Assembly: GCA_047495785.1 (NCBI GenBank)
Contig: JBLDXI010000019.1
Span: forward strand, 1,674,001-1,738,000
Length of the DNA: 64,000 bases
DNA from: Lepidodermella squamata
Lineage: Eukaryota; Animalia; Gastrotricha
Reading direction: 5' to 3'
Positions within the stretch are counted from its first letter, which is position 1, and each line of letters begins with the position of its first letter. Both the position numbers and the translations under genes were made by a program. The notes beneath the pieces were generated by a model. It saw only the letters and a program-made list of their open reading frames with translations, was not told the DNA's origin and ran no database searches. Positions 33,470-46,718 of the stretch are shown here, one piece after another.

Positions 33470-36400
33470 TCAGAATACCATTATACGAGCCAGCGAGATT
33501 TTCGCCCAAATATCGGTGTTCTGAACGCTCACATACCGACCAGCCAGAGGTGGCGTACAGTGAGCTATAATTGCCTGCCCGGGGACAATATTCGGCATTT
33601 TTATGCCATCGGTCCAAAAATCGCACACCTGGTTTTGTTCAAACATCGTCCCTGCCTGGTTCCCAACACGGAAAACAAGCTTCATAGACCCCATTGCAAC
33701 GTCGCCCTGCCACTCTCCATTAACCATAGTCAGTAGAACTATTTTCGAGACGAATAGTGGCACGCCGAGATCGACAGTCAGCCATCCTCCTGGGCTTAAG
33801 GATGCAAAAGCACTTGTTGATCCAGGGGTTGTAAGGGCCATCAAATTCGAAGCGGAAATCGACTGGTTTGTCGTAACAACCTTATACTCAGCTAAATCCG
33901 TCGCATTATCGCTGTAAACACCAATTTGACAGATCTCGATCGTGTCATCGCTTTTACCAGTTATGGTGACATAACGTCCGGATACCTTTCTGGTACATGG
34001 TACCTGAACACGGCTACCATATGGTAGTTTTGTCATCCCTGTTATCCCGCAGGCCGGCTGGGTATCTGCTGCGTTCGCATTTGTCGGGGCAGTGTCACTA
34101 ACTCTGATGTTGAAATTTTTCGCCGCTGGTGTTGAATGATCCGTATATAGACATCCCCTGAAACTGAATCGCCCTGTCGGGAAATTGACGAACTCATCGA
34201 CGTAGATTCTTAACGATCGCATCACGACAACGGGGCTGAGATAAGTTGTCCTAGGTGTAGGATTCATTGCTGCAGTGGGTCCGTCGAAAATTCTCAGGCG
34301 AGTTGATCCATTGTTGGCGTAGGTGTACGGCACCCAATCATCACTTGTCAAATCCATACTTGTCAGGAGATGGTACTTTGTAATCCAAGCCGTTTTGTTG
34401 TTATTGCATTGAACCAGTATGGTTGTTAGAATTCGAGCCCAGCTCATTGATAGCTGGTAATAAGGCTGGGGATCATTCGCAGCTGGAATCCATTCTTTTC
34501 CCCGGTTAACTTCAATAATTCCACCTGTAGACCCGATGTTGGACGAAAAGTACTCAACGCCGGAGTTGTCGTTGAAATTGTTTTTACAAAACATATCTTA
34601 ATTACAAATAATAACTAAAAAATTCGGTTTACATGAATAAGAGGCATTACCGACGCAACCGCGAACCATCATCCTCAAGCCAATACCGCCGACCCAAGTT
34701 TGAGGGTAGATCCCTATGCCTCGGCTGTAGATTGGGGGCCTTATGTAGTTCCAAACCGGAGTATCAGCATCAAAGTTTCCGATGAAGATCTTATAACATA
34801 AAAGTTGAAACAAATTAAAGGTGCGAAATCTCAATAAACGCACTTTGGCTGTGGTTTTACCATTAATGGTAATTGATGGATGAAACCAAGGGGAAATCTG
34901 GTATGCCAATCTATAGCTGGTTACGTAATACCCTGTCGAATAGTCCCCTTGTGTTGCGACAGACGTTATGGTGAAATAATTTCCGAAATCGAGCTGCAAA
35001 AATTGACTGGTGTCGAATGCTCCCAGTTGTGTGCAGCAAGCTATAGATCCTGGGGTGTCTGCATCTCCTACCCAGCGGTTATGGAGGCGGATTTGATCGA
35101 AAGTAACATTTGCTGCTGATGCGTAAACGCCAGCCGGTCCGTAGTAGGCTTTGGCTAACGGTGTCAAATCACTTTCGCAAGCGTGACCTTGCACTAATAC
35201 AAAAGTCTACAATCACTCATCAACTTAAGCTTTGTTGCTTACACATTGTTGGAGATGGACATTGTGTAGCGACTTCAGAAGCCAAATATTGGTTCAGGTA
35301 ACCTTGATAGACTGACAAGCAAGCGTATTCCCCACTAGATCGGTAGTTGTAGTATTCATCTCGTCCAAAATATAAACGTGAGGTCGAAAAAGGTTTAGTA
35401 TTAGCGAAAGAAGTTGACATCACCCTTCCGCCATCCATGAAACCTTCCATTTTCATGGACCCAGGTGTCATGTCAAAGGTTAGCATGTGATGCTGCCATG
35501 TGGTAGTTGGAGAGGATATATTTGTGGCATTAGCTCGTACCCAGCCTATTGGATCCATCGCTGCTTCGTACACGACGGTATTCGGGATTTGCAGCAAAAC
35601 ACTGTACTTGGCGTAATTGCTCCCGGCCTCAGCGACATTCATAATGGGTATCATAGTGTTAGCAACGGTCTCTCTGTTCTGGTAGAAAATTCCCATGGTA
35701 TAAGAAGTTGCGTTCCCATTACCACCCCCAAATAGCATGTTAGCTTGCGTTGAGTAGTAGTAATAAGTAGTTGTACCAGGAACAGCTAATGAGAAAATAT
35801 CATCAACCCCCCATGGGAAATAATTCATTGCATAAAATCCGTTAGGTGATGCAAGCGGATTAGCTGCATTTGTTAAATCTGCTCTTCCATGGGAAAAGTC
35901 TAAAGGAGCTGTATATGTCGCTGTCATATCAGCAGTCGAGGTTAATGGACATCTCTTTAGAGAGTATATTTGCTTCCTGGTTAGAGCGGCCTTGTAAACC
36001 TGGAAACAAGCCACATTCATCGCAGCAATGCCACCAATTCTGAAGAAATTCGTCGACGTATCCAGCCCGTTTGTGCATCCTACGGTAGCTATTGACGCGA
36101 CTGTATGCCCTTCGTGAATGATCTGAACCTCAGGGTTGCTCGCGGGGCTGTACACTATTCCAACATAAGCCCAAGTATTTGGCATGAGTTGTCTCGTAGA
36201 GTTGACAACTTGGACAGTTCCAGATCCATTTTTACAACGAAAACCAGCTGTCAAATTGCTGTTCTGGAGGCCAAGGTACACAGATGCGTTATTCTCGGCG
36301 TAGTACCAACCCATTATTTGACCATTCAAACTGGTTGTTGGTTGAATTTGAACGAGCACAGTCAGCGATGATTGTAAGGCGAGGCCATTAGCTGGCGAAC

Positions 36401-39193
36401 TAGTTATAGCCATGTCAAGGGAATCACTAGTTGAAGGGAGGTTCCAAGCACTATTTGAACAATTCTTATTGAAAACCCATATATTCCATATTTATATTGG
36501 AAAATTACGTTGCCGTAAAACCATAAATTTTAGAGCATTGTGGTGTACCAACAGAGGTGAAAGTAGCTCCAAATCCGATAACGTCATTCAGTGAGCATGC
36601 GAGCGGGAAAACAGCCAAAGGAGCTGGGTCTGAAATTCAAAGCTGAGTATCAATTCATAACACTGTAAGTGTAATACTAACTGAGCCACGGGCAAGTGCT
36701 GGCTTGTTCGATCTCGGAATGATCGAGGCCGCGTTTGTAGAATTGCATGCATGCAATACGGCCATTCCAAGTACCACCGGCATAAAAGTACTGAGCCATT
36801 TTAAAAGCATCAGCAGCACATCCAACATGGGCAATCGCTCGATCGTAGTTGTCAATGTAAAGCCGTGCAATTCCAGTTGCGCAGTCCAAGGTAACAGCAA
36901 GGAAGAACCAACGGTTCAGAGGCACAATCACGTCGTCAGCGGGCCAAGCCCAGGAATTATTCGCTCTGTTCGAATATTCTATTTTAACCGCTCGGGTTGA
37001 ATTAGATATTTTTATGGATAATTTGTTATTCCTGAAGTGAAAACAAAGCGTTTCAAAAGATCTGTCGATATAACCTTGAGTCTTACCAAGCACTTCCCAC
37101 GGTATTCATCATGAGAAATATATCGCTTGTTGCATTTTCGATATATACCCACTCGGCAAACGTCCAGCCGTTGGCTGTATCCAGATATTGAATTCCGGTA
37201 GTTCGAATGAGGATGCGCCTTGAAGCACCAGTCCATCTCACAGACCCCAGTTTTCGACCATCAACACCATCACCATAGGTTATTTGTCCCGAGATAATTG
37301 CATGATTAGCATTTTCTGATAAATCGTCCCCGCCTCTCATGTAATCTAACAACCACAGTCCATCAGGCATGAGACCGATGATAGGTGGGATATTGGGTGC
37401 CACGAGCTCCACGGATGTTACCTGTTTGCTACTGCCCAAGTCGACTGTCACCATAGGCCTGTCACCATAAGTAGACGACACTATCCTTGTGCAGTTCTGA
37501 ATATTCTGAGCTCGAATGATTCTCGTCTTTGTCAAAACCGATGGATCAGACAATTTGGAAACGGCATTGGTATCATAGCCCGATGACGTTACAGCAGCAT
37601 TTGCAGCTAAGTTTTTGAGATAGTTCGGAGGGTCTATAAAAACAGGAAAAATCATTATCCATTGAATCGATATAAAATGGAAATTACATTTGCATCCTAG
37701 GATCTCGACGCGGTAACAAGCCATGCTTGACGAAGTCCGAGGAATAAAGTTGAAGAACTGACCAACTACGATGTTGGGCAGCCTAATTGTCACCACAGTG
37801 GTTGCGTCTGTATTTCCAAGAAACGTATCTCGCCCTGATGCATCTAGGATGTCGGTCCATTTATCGTTCGCACGAGCCTTGTATTGAAAGCTGAACGATG
37901 TCACCCAGGCAGATTGAGATTTGCACCCCTGAACCTCGAAAGTGGTAACTACGGTTTGCTTTCGCAGGTCGATGATCAGATTCCCTGGGTTGTTCGCCCC
38001 ACCCATGCCCCAATTCAGTCGATCGATGTAGGCTGTAGCCATAGTTGCTGGAGCACTTATTTGGCTATTACTTATCTCCGAGCTTTCCATACCCAGCGGT
38101 GTCATGCAATTTGCTGGACAGCCCTCAAATCTGAAGTTGGCGCAGTATGACGTCCCATTAGCCCATGTTGAAATAAGCTTGAAGTATCGGAGTAATACTG
38201 GCTGGAAAGACTTGAAGGTAATAGTAGACCCAGGGATACCGTTGATAAGCTGTTAGAAGTAGATATCGTGCGTTAGTTTGAATATAACAAAGGGCATATT
38301 ATTTTCACGAAACTTAAGTTTACGGAGTTTCCGCGAGATCAGGAAAATCTGATCTCCCAGGAAGATTCCAAATTTTCTACTTCCCTATGAATTCGAAAAA
38401 AGTTCAACACCTTAACAGGGCCTCTTCCGGATGCGATTGGGCGATAGTAGACATCATCCAGGCTGGTTTCCATTCGGAATTGAGGCACACAAGAACTGTC
38501 CATGCATTCGTACCAAAACTGGGTCAACCACACATATCGCTGGAGATCAACCTCAAACCAACTGCCAACTCCGGACCCTGCAGCCCAGCATGCTCTTGAT
38601 AGATGGCCAGCGGTTATTCGAGCGAAAGCTGCATTATCAGCTGTTAGATTAGTCGCTGTATTCGGAGTCACTGAGCTTGAGCTGTAGCCAAAATCTGTCA
38701 CATAAGACGTGTCGTAGTCCAAAGTCTCGATAGGGCAATTCAGCGAAACGGAGTCTGCCGCGTTCCAGCAGATGGGCTGTGAAGCCCGCTGCTTGATGGC
38801 GTCGTAGTACCAGGCTGATGTGCAGTTCTTAGTTTTCAAGCATTGCCCCGATCGAGCAACCCCACTTTGCCAGTCTATGGCCGTGATAACAAAGTCGGCA
38901 TCTGTGCTAAGCTTCGCAATCGATGACCCGTCTGGGGAAACCGTGTAGAGAGTACACGACTTTGTGCTGATGCGGTACTGAGAGGCCTTGCATCGCAAAT
39001 CGCCGGTACAGAGACCCGTGCAAATGGATTCCGAGCTGGCAGTTGTCACTCCGGGTACAATGAAATCAGTCAACGCAAGGGAAGTGCTTGCAATGATTTT
39101 GTTGCCGGCGTAACGTTTGAAATACGCACCCGCTTTCACTTCTCCCATTGTGACAAACAGCAGGGAGAGCACAGCAAATATGTTTCGGTTCAT
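33470..39193 (-). CDS. Large secreted mosaic lectin-like protein B, paralog of 25001-30594
   Basis: Same domain order and similar exon layout, same C-terminus (RIMVF). Confidence 0.82.
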
Positions 39194-41863
39194 TTCCGCA
39201 CTGGAAAAAGGTTAAATTATCGAGTTAAATTAAGTTGCTATGCTCGTTACAACCTTTTATAATAGAAACCCACGCTCGAAGAACGCCAAAGTGTTAGTCA
39301 CATGTTCGAATCATCAATATTTAAATAAAACTGTAAGGCCTTGGAGATGTTTAGCCTCGAGCTGCCGGAACGCCTTATCTTCAGGTCGTCACTGAACAAA
39401 AACGCCTACGGTTGTTTGGGATGGATCGATGTTAAACCGGCAGCTTGAATAATTGCGTCAACTGCTATTGATTCCTTCTTGTTAATTTATTAACGCCCCC
39501 GTCTTGACGTTCGTCTGTAAGAAGGTGCCCGCACAACAAAAGCTTGAATTGTGGAGGCATTGCTTTGCAGGCACATTATTATTCTGTCAAGAACCTGCTG
39601 GAAGAATCGAAAATCGAAGACAATCTAGTGGACGCCATTAGGGAATGACCTATTTTTGCGAACTGTCTAATTTGATAAATAAATATGTATTAAGGTCGGC
39701 GTGTGTGAGCATATTTAGGTATCCCAATTGCATGTATCATGTTCACAGGACGATTTTTGACCAGTGTCGAAGATGGCGGTGTACGGGGGAGGAGGGGGGC
39801 CTGTTTCTGCTAACCAAAGGGGCTCGAACCCTATGTTTTTTCACTGGCCCCTATTGAAACTTGATCGATATAAGGGGGACCTTTACCTATATCCCCCTTT
39901 CGGCAAAATGTCCATCTTCTGCACTGTTTTTGACCTGAAAAACTGGACGCCGAACCCATTAGTCTTTATTCACCTCGGCGTTGTGCGAAGTAACATCTTG
40001 GAGGTTTCCAGGACCCAGGCTAGAAAACCAAAGGGTTCCCCCTGTGGTTTTCTCGCCCTTCCTCTGTCGTCGCGGCACCCCTGTACTTCGCACCCTGCGA
40101 CTCGGTGAATTCGCGGCTTTGATGGTACCTTTCTACGTTGAAAGGTTTTTTAAAGACTTTCCCATCGAAAGAACACCGATTCGTTTCAGTTTTGTATTCC
40201 GTCTTGAGTTTGTTAAACTTTCATAAACCCCACTGAATTCAAAATGACTGCAAACATCGCTCTATTGTTTCACAGCAGTGTGATCGCCTCGATGGTAACA
40301 GCTACTGTGCGAGGCATCCCGCAAGAATATGGCTGATAATTAAATGGCTTGTCTCTTTCTATTGTAAATTGTAACTTAAGCACCCTTATCTTGCCATCTC
40401 ATATGAATGCGTAGTGAGACGGAGCTTCGATCAAGTCGTCGCCAAAGGCAAACAATTGTCATGAACAGCTCGATAAACGTCTCAATAGGGAACTTGTATG
40501 CATAGCTAATAATATCTAGTGGAAATGGATTCGCCTTCATTTGTCAAGCCGTCGAGGTTAAATTTTGCCGACAAAAATGTGATTCGGCTTCAAGTCTGCG
40601 TGTACTCAGAAAATATGGTATTGGTTTATGAGTTTTTGGTTTTTTCATTTCCCAAGTCGGGAAAAAGTCGGGAATTCTCGGATATGTACTCAAGCGATGG
40701 AAGAAAGTTTGCGCAGTCAACGTTGGCGGTCCGTCCACAATACATTAGATTTCAATGTGTCCATTTGCTGTTTGCCGTCGTCTAAAGAGCGATCCTATGC
40801 GCTCTCTCTCCAGCATCAGTCGTTCTAAATTGTCTCACGTTTTGCGTGCGGTTGCAATTGAGAACATTTTTAGCCTTCTTTGGTACTGTACTTCCTCAGC
40901 ACGCAATCACCATCCTCATTCGGGGAGAAACTTTCGCTCAAATTGTGAATATTACTACATTACCCATTGATTAAAACAAAATGCTCAATAAAATATGCAT
41001 TGAAATTAAACTTTAAACTGAAATCTCGAGCTGATTGTAAAAACGACAAATCACGCAGTTTTTCGAATGAAACCAGACTTCCAGTCCCTCAGGATATTCG
41101 GGACGCAATGAGTTTTTGCGGTTAAAATGCATTTGCGAGACAATTTTATTTCGATTATGTTGAATTTTAAATTTCAATCATTTCTGTTGGGCTGAGCTTC
41201 ATTTCATTTACATATAAAGTTTTCCATACTTATATATAGCTTACAAATAAGTGAAGGTTCAATATTGCTATTCGGCGTCCTAGCCAGCTGTGAATGGTTT
41301 TTTTCTGTTGGCCAATAATATTCTATGCTATCTTTTTATACTCGAAAGCTGCCAAATATTGTCTTCCTCGACGTTCCCGAAGACGATTCTAGAAAGACGT
41401 AGTGAGCAAAAATTACAAAAAGCCGCTTATAGTCTAATTTCGAAGACGGAAAGTAATTTTTTAGGATTTAGGAACTAATTTTATTGCACTTCGCAATCAT
41501 TCTGTCCCCAGAGGATTATCTGAACGTCATTTGCTCTGTAAAGTCTTATATTATATTGTACTTTTACTCCGATATTTTCACAATCTTCATAATTCATTTT
41601 GAAATGCCGAGCTATATGCTAAAAATTTGAAGCTTCAAGAGTTCGCCTCGATAGCTAAGCTCTGTATTTTGAGACTTGGAATCGTTCGCTACCTTCGAAA
41701 AACTTGAAATGTCTATCACTTGCTCTGAGATCACTTGCTCGTCCTAATTCGCACTACTAAGCCTAACTTGAATAATTTATACAAAGTAAATAGATTTTCA
41801 AAGGTAGGGACCTTGAGCTTGGGGACAAATAGTTTCTGTTTTTGAAGGATTAAATAAACAAAA

Positions 41864-43157
41864 ATGGTTCCAGCTTTCATCTCAGCAAATTTCCTGCTAG
41901 TCCTCCTTGTAAGGGAAAGCTTGGCAGCGGGCAATATCAGCGACTTTCCGGACGATTTCAACGCTGATGCTATGCGCGATTTGTTCTTCGAGCTTTGCCC
42001 GATTGCAAGGTCCAGCAATCTACCCTCGACTTACCATAAGCACATTAAAAACTTCTCGGTACCCATCAAAAGCTACCTTGTATCAGGCCTGCTCGAAATC
42101 AACGAAGTTAGCGATGTCGCGATGAGGTATCGCACATTTTCAAGTTGAACCCGTTTAATTTTTGATCATTCCAGCATGACCATAGCCATGACATTGCGTA
42201 TCCTTTGGGACATGCCTTGCGGGAAGGATATAAGGGAGCAGTTATGGCCGGGTTATTCGGTTTACAAGCAGGAATACCTGGACAGGGTTCAATTCGAAGT
42301 TCCAGCCGATCAAATTTGGTGGCCGGATATGCAGCATATTAACGCGATCGGAGAATCCCGACCATTGAGAGGGTAAATTTCTGGAAAATGGTTTGAAATT
42401 TAAATGAAAATTTCGAAAATTTCACAGGGAAAGGACGATAAAAGTGCGACCCTTTCGCGTTCCCGGGCCGAAATTCATCATATATGCCGTTCGAACTTTC
42501 ACATCGAACTGTTATCACTTCAGCTACACCAAGTTCCCGTTCGATGTCGCCACGTGCACGTTCGAGTTCGAAAATGAAAATCTCAGTAACGAAGTTGATA
42601 TTGCGATCGAATCTGTTGGTATAACAACTGACTACAAGCCGCTGCGGGATGATGATATTTGGATTTTTGAGAACTACAACGGGACTGTTTTCGACGCAGG
42701 TGGTTTCCTACATGCTACTATATTCCTAACCCTGAAGCGGAAGTATCAATACTACGTCGGAAATGTGCTTCTCCCTATGTTTACGTTGTTTATTCTCCAA
42801 GTTATTTCTTTGATTATGGACCCTTCCCACCCGGATCGGCCCAACTTTTGCGTAACTGTGAACTTGGCCACTGCGGTTTTACTCACCCTGGTCTTTTCAC
42901 TGATTCCTCGAACTTCTGAGGATGTTTATCTAATCAATGTCCTTGTCAGCTTTATGGTGATCTGCGTGATTCTCACGGCATATGCCCTAACCGCTAGTAG
43001 CCTCAGCCATTGGAAGCAAGCTCGTCAAATCATCGGACGAAGCTTTGTCCATGGCGGGATGAGAATAATCAGGTTTTTGGACATGACGATTGCAGCACTT
43101 GCATTCATCACTGGCATGGCAGTTGTTACGCACTACGGAGTCAAAATGTTGGCTTGA
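41864..43157 (+). CDS. Divergent Cys-loop ligand-gated ion channel subunit 1 (3 exons, about 396 aa)
   Basis: Exons 41864-42126, 42175-42372, 42428-43157. Signal peptide, IWWPD, C..FPFD..C loop, LKRK before M1, four TM helices. Confidence 0.88.
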
Positions 43158-44420
43158 GAGTTTTGCAGCCGCAAGGCTTTGAATCCTTACTGTACTATAC
43201 ATCCAGTAATAACGGTCTAGTTATTTTGCTAAATTGATGATGTTGTTGTATATCTGACCTTGTGCAGGTGATTTTGTATTTTTTCGGGAAAATACCGGTA
43301 AATATAATATTATTATGAGGTCGCAGGGTTTCGAACCTCTTATGCACTTTAGTAATAATTTGAATATGCGCCACGTGGCTGGTCACGAATCTGGCATTCA
43401 TTACAGATTTTTATATGTGGAAGACAATATAATTTAATATAATTAATGCCAAAAATGATTTCAAGGGTAAACGCAGGGTTCCAAAGCTTTACCGGGATGT
43501 TTAATTTTATCGCATAATTATATTATTTTTAATACCCATTGACTCTTTTTATAATTTTTCAATATTTGAGATGTACATATTTTCTAAAATTGAATAAAAA
43601 TAGGGAGAGTGTTGCTAAATCTGGAAACTTCCGGAGCATGTCATGAATCGGCATTTTCAGGCCGGGGACAATTGAATTTTACAGCCTTCACGCATGAGTG
43701 AAGCACGCAATCAGAGTGAATTGCTGCAACGAGTATTCACTGCCAATATTAGAACGGACGGACGGCTGAAATTTTTTTCACATTCTAGTCCCGATGGATG
43801 CGAACGTTGCACATTCGGGAACAGATATTTCAATCAGCTCGCGGATATGTAAAACACGCTCAAATCGACCTTCAAAGTTGGAATAATGGTGTATTTGCCC
43901 TGTGATCAGTAGCGTGTAATCTTTGGGTCTTTTCTGGTCTTTTCTATATAGCTTCAACCTGACTTTAACCTGGATTGTTAACTATCCCAGAATCTGGGCA
44001 GAATTTAGGAAAATTGCGGATTATTAGTTACGTCAAAAATAATTATGCTTAGCAATGAACTTTTTATGCCTTAAATCAAGTAACAGACGTCTTCGACTTA
44101 CGTGCAGATTATCCGAAATTATGATTAAAAAATCCCGGATATATCTTCATTTTCTTTCGTCACAGAGCATCCTCAGACATTTGGATCCCCATATGTCCCC
44201 AAGTTTACCGACATTAATTTTGAAAAATCAAGAACTCTTTTGTCTTATGGCTTTTTCTGCGGGAATCTAATTCGGGTATTTCCGGTTTTATTTCACGGAG
44301 GATGAACAACGTAAGAAAGAGAAATGAGAAAAAAACATCAATAGCTATTATTCAAATTTAGCTTTTACCAATTTTAGTAAATTCTGAGGATTTTTTTCTG
44401 ATTTTTAGGAGAAGTAAAAT

Positions 44421-45795
44421 ATGGCTGTGATTGTCTTTTTGAAATTGCATATTTTCACTATCTTCCTCGTTACGGGAGGCATTTCAATGAAGAACGTCAG
44501 CGAATTTCCGGCGGATTACGACCCGGATGCAATGCGGAACAAGTTTTTCGAACTTTGCCCAATAGCCAAAGCGAGCAACCTACCAGCGGCGTATCACGAA
44601 CTGATTGACAACTACTCGGTACCTATCAAAAGCTACCTGGTTGGAGGTCTCCTAGCCATCAACGAAGTTAGCGACGTAGCAATGAGGTATTTATCAATTT
44701 CCGATTTTTCAATAATTTCACGAATTTGTTTAATAGCATGACAGTTGCGATGGGACTGCGGGTCATCTGGATTATGCCTTGCGGGCGTGATATAAGGAAC
44801 CTACTAAAGCCGGGCTACTCGAAGCTGAGCCAAGACTATCTCGATAGGATTCAGTTCGAAATCCCAGCCGATCAAATTTGGTGGCCGGATATGCAGCATA
44901 TCAACGCGATCGGAGAATCGCGACCTTTGAGAGCGTAAGATTTTTCAACAAAAACCCAGAAAAGTTTAACATTTCTGTAAAAGATTCAATAAAATTCAAT
45001 ACAATTTTGAAAATTTTAATTAAATTAAAAAAAAATTAAAAAATCAAATTAAATTTTATTTGCAGGGAAAGGACGATAAAAGTGCGACCTTTCCAAAATC
45101 CCGGGCCGAAATTTGTCAATTATTGCGTGCGAACTTTCACGTCAAACTGCTATCGATTTAGCTATACGAAATTTCCGTTCGACGTCGCCACGTGCACGTT
45201 CGAGTTCGAAAATGAAAATCTCAGCAATGAAGTTGACATTGAGATAGATTCCGTCATGGTCGCCGACGGGCATCACGCTCTTCGCGACGACGACATCTGG
45301 ACTTTTGTCAGCTTCAACGGGACAGTTTACGATGCTGGCGGGTATCTTCATGCCACTATGAGTCTAACCCTTAAACGAAAGTACCAGTACTACGTCGGAA
45401 ACGTTTTGCTGCCGATGTTTACGTTATTCGTTCTCCAAGTTATTTCTTTGATTATGGACCCGAGTCATCCTGATCGACCCAACTTTTGCGTTACGGTGAA
45501 CTTAGCCACGGCAGTTTTACTCACCCTGGTCTTTTCGCTGATTCCGAGGACGTCCGAAGACGTTTACTTGATCAATGTCCTGGTCAGCTTTATGTTGATC
45601 TGCGTGATAATAACCGCTTATGCTTTGGCTGCTAGTAGTCTCAGCCATTGGAAACTAGCTCGTCAAATCATCGGGCGAAGTTATGTTTATGGAGGGATGA
45701 GGATTATCCGATTTTCGGACATCGTCTTTGGGCTGGTTTCATTCATCACTGGAATGTCTGTTGTTACCTACTACGGCGTGAAAATGCTGGCGTAA
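44421..45795 (+). CDS. Divergent Cys-loop ligand-gated ion channel subunit 2 (tandem paralog, about 397 aa)
   Basis: Exons 44421-44686, 44737-44934, 45066-45795. Identical intron positions and motifs to copy 1. Confidence 0.88.
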
Positions 45796-46718
45796 TTCGT
45801 GAACGAGTGCTTCAAGTTCGATATTGACTTTTTCTATGATGCTGGGCATTCATATTGGCACTTTCTCCAATAATATTCACAATATAGTATTTACGGATTT
45901 TATTATTTTTTGTCAATTATTGCGTGATATATATCTGGCCGTTGGTTGCAACGAATATTGCGAAATTTTTTAAAATTTAGTACAGTGAATTTTTTAAATT
46001 ATTATACGACCTGTTGAAATGCTATAGCTGTTCAAATTACCGGTTTTACTTGCTAGTAAATGAGACAATTTACAAAATTCGTCATTATCGGTGTTTTCGG
46101 CCAATGATTTGGCCGCACTTTTCATTGGACGGAGGATTGGGGAAACATAAACCCCCTCCTCCTCCTCCCGGTCTCTCCCAGTTCGAGAGTTCCAGGCAAG
46201 AAACGATCTGGAAAAACCAAAGCTGGGGCCCTTTGGTCAGATACATTCGGCTCAACAAATCCAAACCCAGCTCCAGGAGAAAAGGTGAGACAGTGGAACC
46301 TTTCAGAAAGGTCAGGAAGCTTAAGATTCAGTTGTTAAAAAAAACAGAAATGAGCTTATTCGCAGCAAGTAAGATAAGACCAGATCGTTTTACTAACCAG
46401 GCGAAGCTTAACTACGAATAGTAAAACAGCGTAATTATTCAAGTACGAAATCCATCCCGTATTTTTCACGACCTCCTTTCCTTTTTCACATGAAATTTCC
46501 CTGCGGTTTTTGCACAAAAAGGGATTCGATAAGCGATTTCTTTTTACTTTTTTTCAGCTTTCGAGATGAGCGGTAATTAACTGTACGTGATATTAGTTTC
46601 AATTCATTATTTGAGTGTTGAAATGACACGATTTTAAATCAAAATACAAGCACAGAGCCTATTTATTGTCAACTAATTTTGTCTATATAATGTCTCGTGA
46701 TGTTTAATGTCTCCAATC

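Noticed and set aside
39645-40250. Overlapping short ORFs in a GC-richer patch
   Set aside because: No recognisable domain or splice structure; may be a transposon remnant, but no ends identified.
46014-46421. 135-aa ORF with a poly-Pro run
   Set aside because: Non-ATG start, (CCT)n microsatellite origin of the prolines, no domain.
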